From Octopus sinensis (Eukaryota), in contig NC_043003.1 of the NCBI RefSeq assembly GCF_006345805.1, positions 78,182,001 through 78,246,000 on the forward strand: a stretch of DNA of 64,000 nt. The letters run 5' to 3'. Below are positions 63,635 to 64,000 of this stretch, piece by piece. Positions within the stretch are counted from its first letter, which is position 1. Every line of letters starts with the position of its first letter. The notes beneath the pieces were generated by a model that was not told the DNA's origin, searched no databases, and worked only from the letters and a program-made list of their open reading frames with translations. Made by a program: the position numbers and the translations under genes.

Positions 63635-64000
63635 GTAGGTGCCTTTATATTCGAATTGCTTCTCATTAAAATGGTCAAAAAATTTGGTTTTACTACAATC
63701 TTTCACTATCAGTTTCCTGAGTCCATGAGAGAGCTTCTATGTTTCTCGAGTCAGTTAAAGCACCAAGAGTCTCTATTCTTTTCTGAGCCAAGTGTGAGAG
63801 GCTTGTGGTTACTGAACCAAATGATAGAGATTTGTTTTTCAAGCCAATGAAAGAGCCTTTCTGTTTCTCTAGGTTCCCTGTACATAAAAACCTGGTAAGG
63901 TCATGACTAGAAGATATTTAATCATAGGTCTGTTGATCAGGGAAGACCTGGAACTAAAACAAAAAAAAAAACAAAAAAAAACAACTGTCAATTTCCACAT

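Noticed and set aside
63241-63850. 145-aa and 149-aa overlapping ORFs as an upstream exon of the ETS gene
   Set aside because: The only nearby minus-strand donor (GGG|GTAACA near 63298) needs a frame that contains a stop to join exon 62362 in phase; no recognisable homology.

Overview
AT-rich, repeat-dense animal genomic DNA; the SINE, RTE and mariner landscape looks like an octopus (coleoid cephalopod), which is inferred and not proven. Two convergent protein-coding genes were reconstructed by hand from splice sites and reading phase. (1) On the + strand, the 3' part of a KIF21A/B-type kinesin-4 gene: 18 exons from 1271 to 47239, about 716 aa of coiled-coil stalk, linker and C-terminal WD40 propeller, including one GC-AG intron; the motor domain lies upstream of the window. 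(2) On the - strand, the last two exons of a divergent ETS-domain transcription factor (62170-62362 and 57776-57890). Introns carry decayed mariner/maT DNA transposons, piggyBac-like MITEs, a Helitron-type element, RTE and CR1 LINE remnants, a HERO-like RLE retrotransposon, a Penelope-like fragment and many SINEs. The strongest second-look items are: a complete type I hammerhead ribozyme fold (13564-13645), in sense within a KIF21 intron behind the Penelope GIY-YIG remnant; a probable mutually exclusive/cassette exon cluster in the 19-kb stretch 8217-27483; a frame-preserving GC-donor exon bracketed by competing inverted SINEs; a possible alternative last exon; and several scars of local templated insertion. 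Most ORFs in the supplied track are artefacts of microsatellites or decayed transposons.
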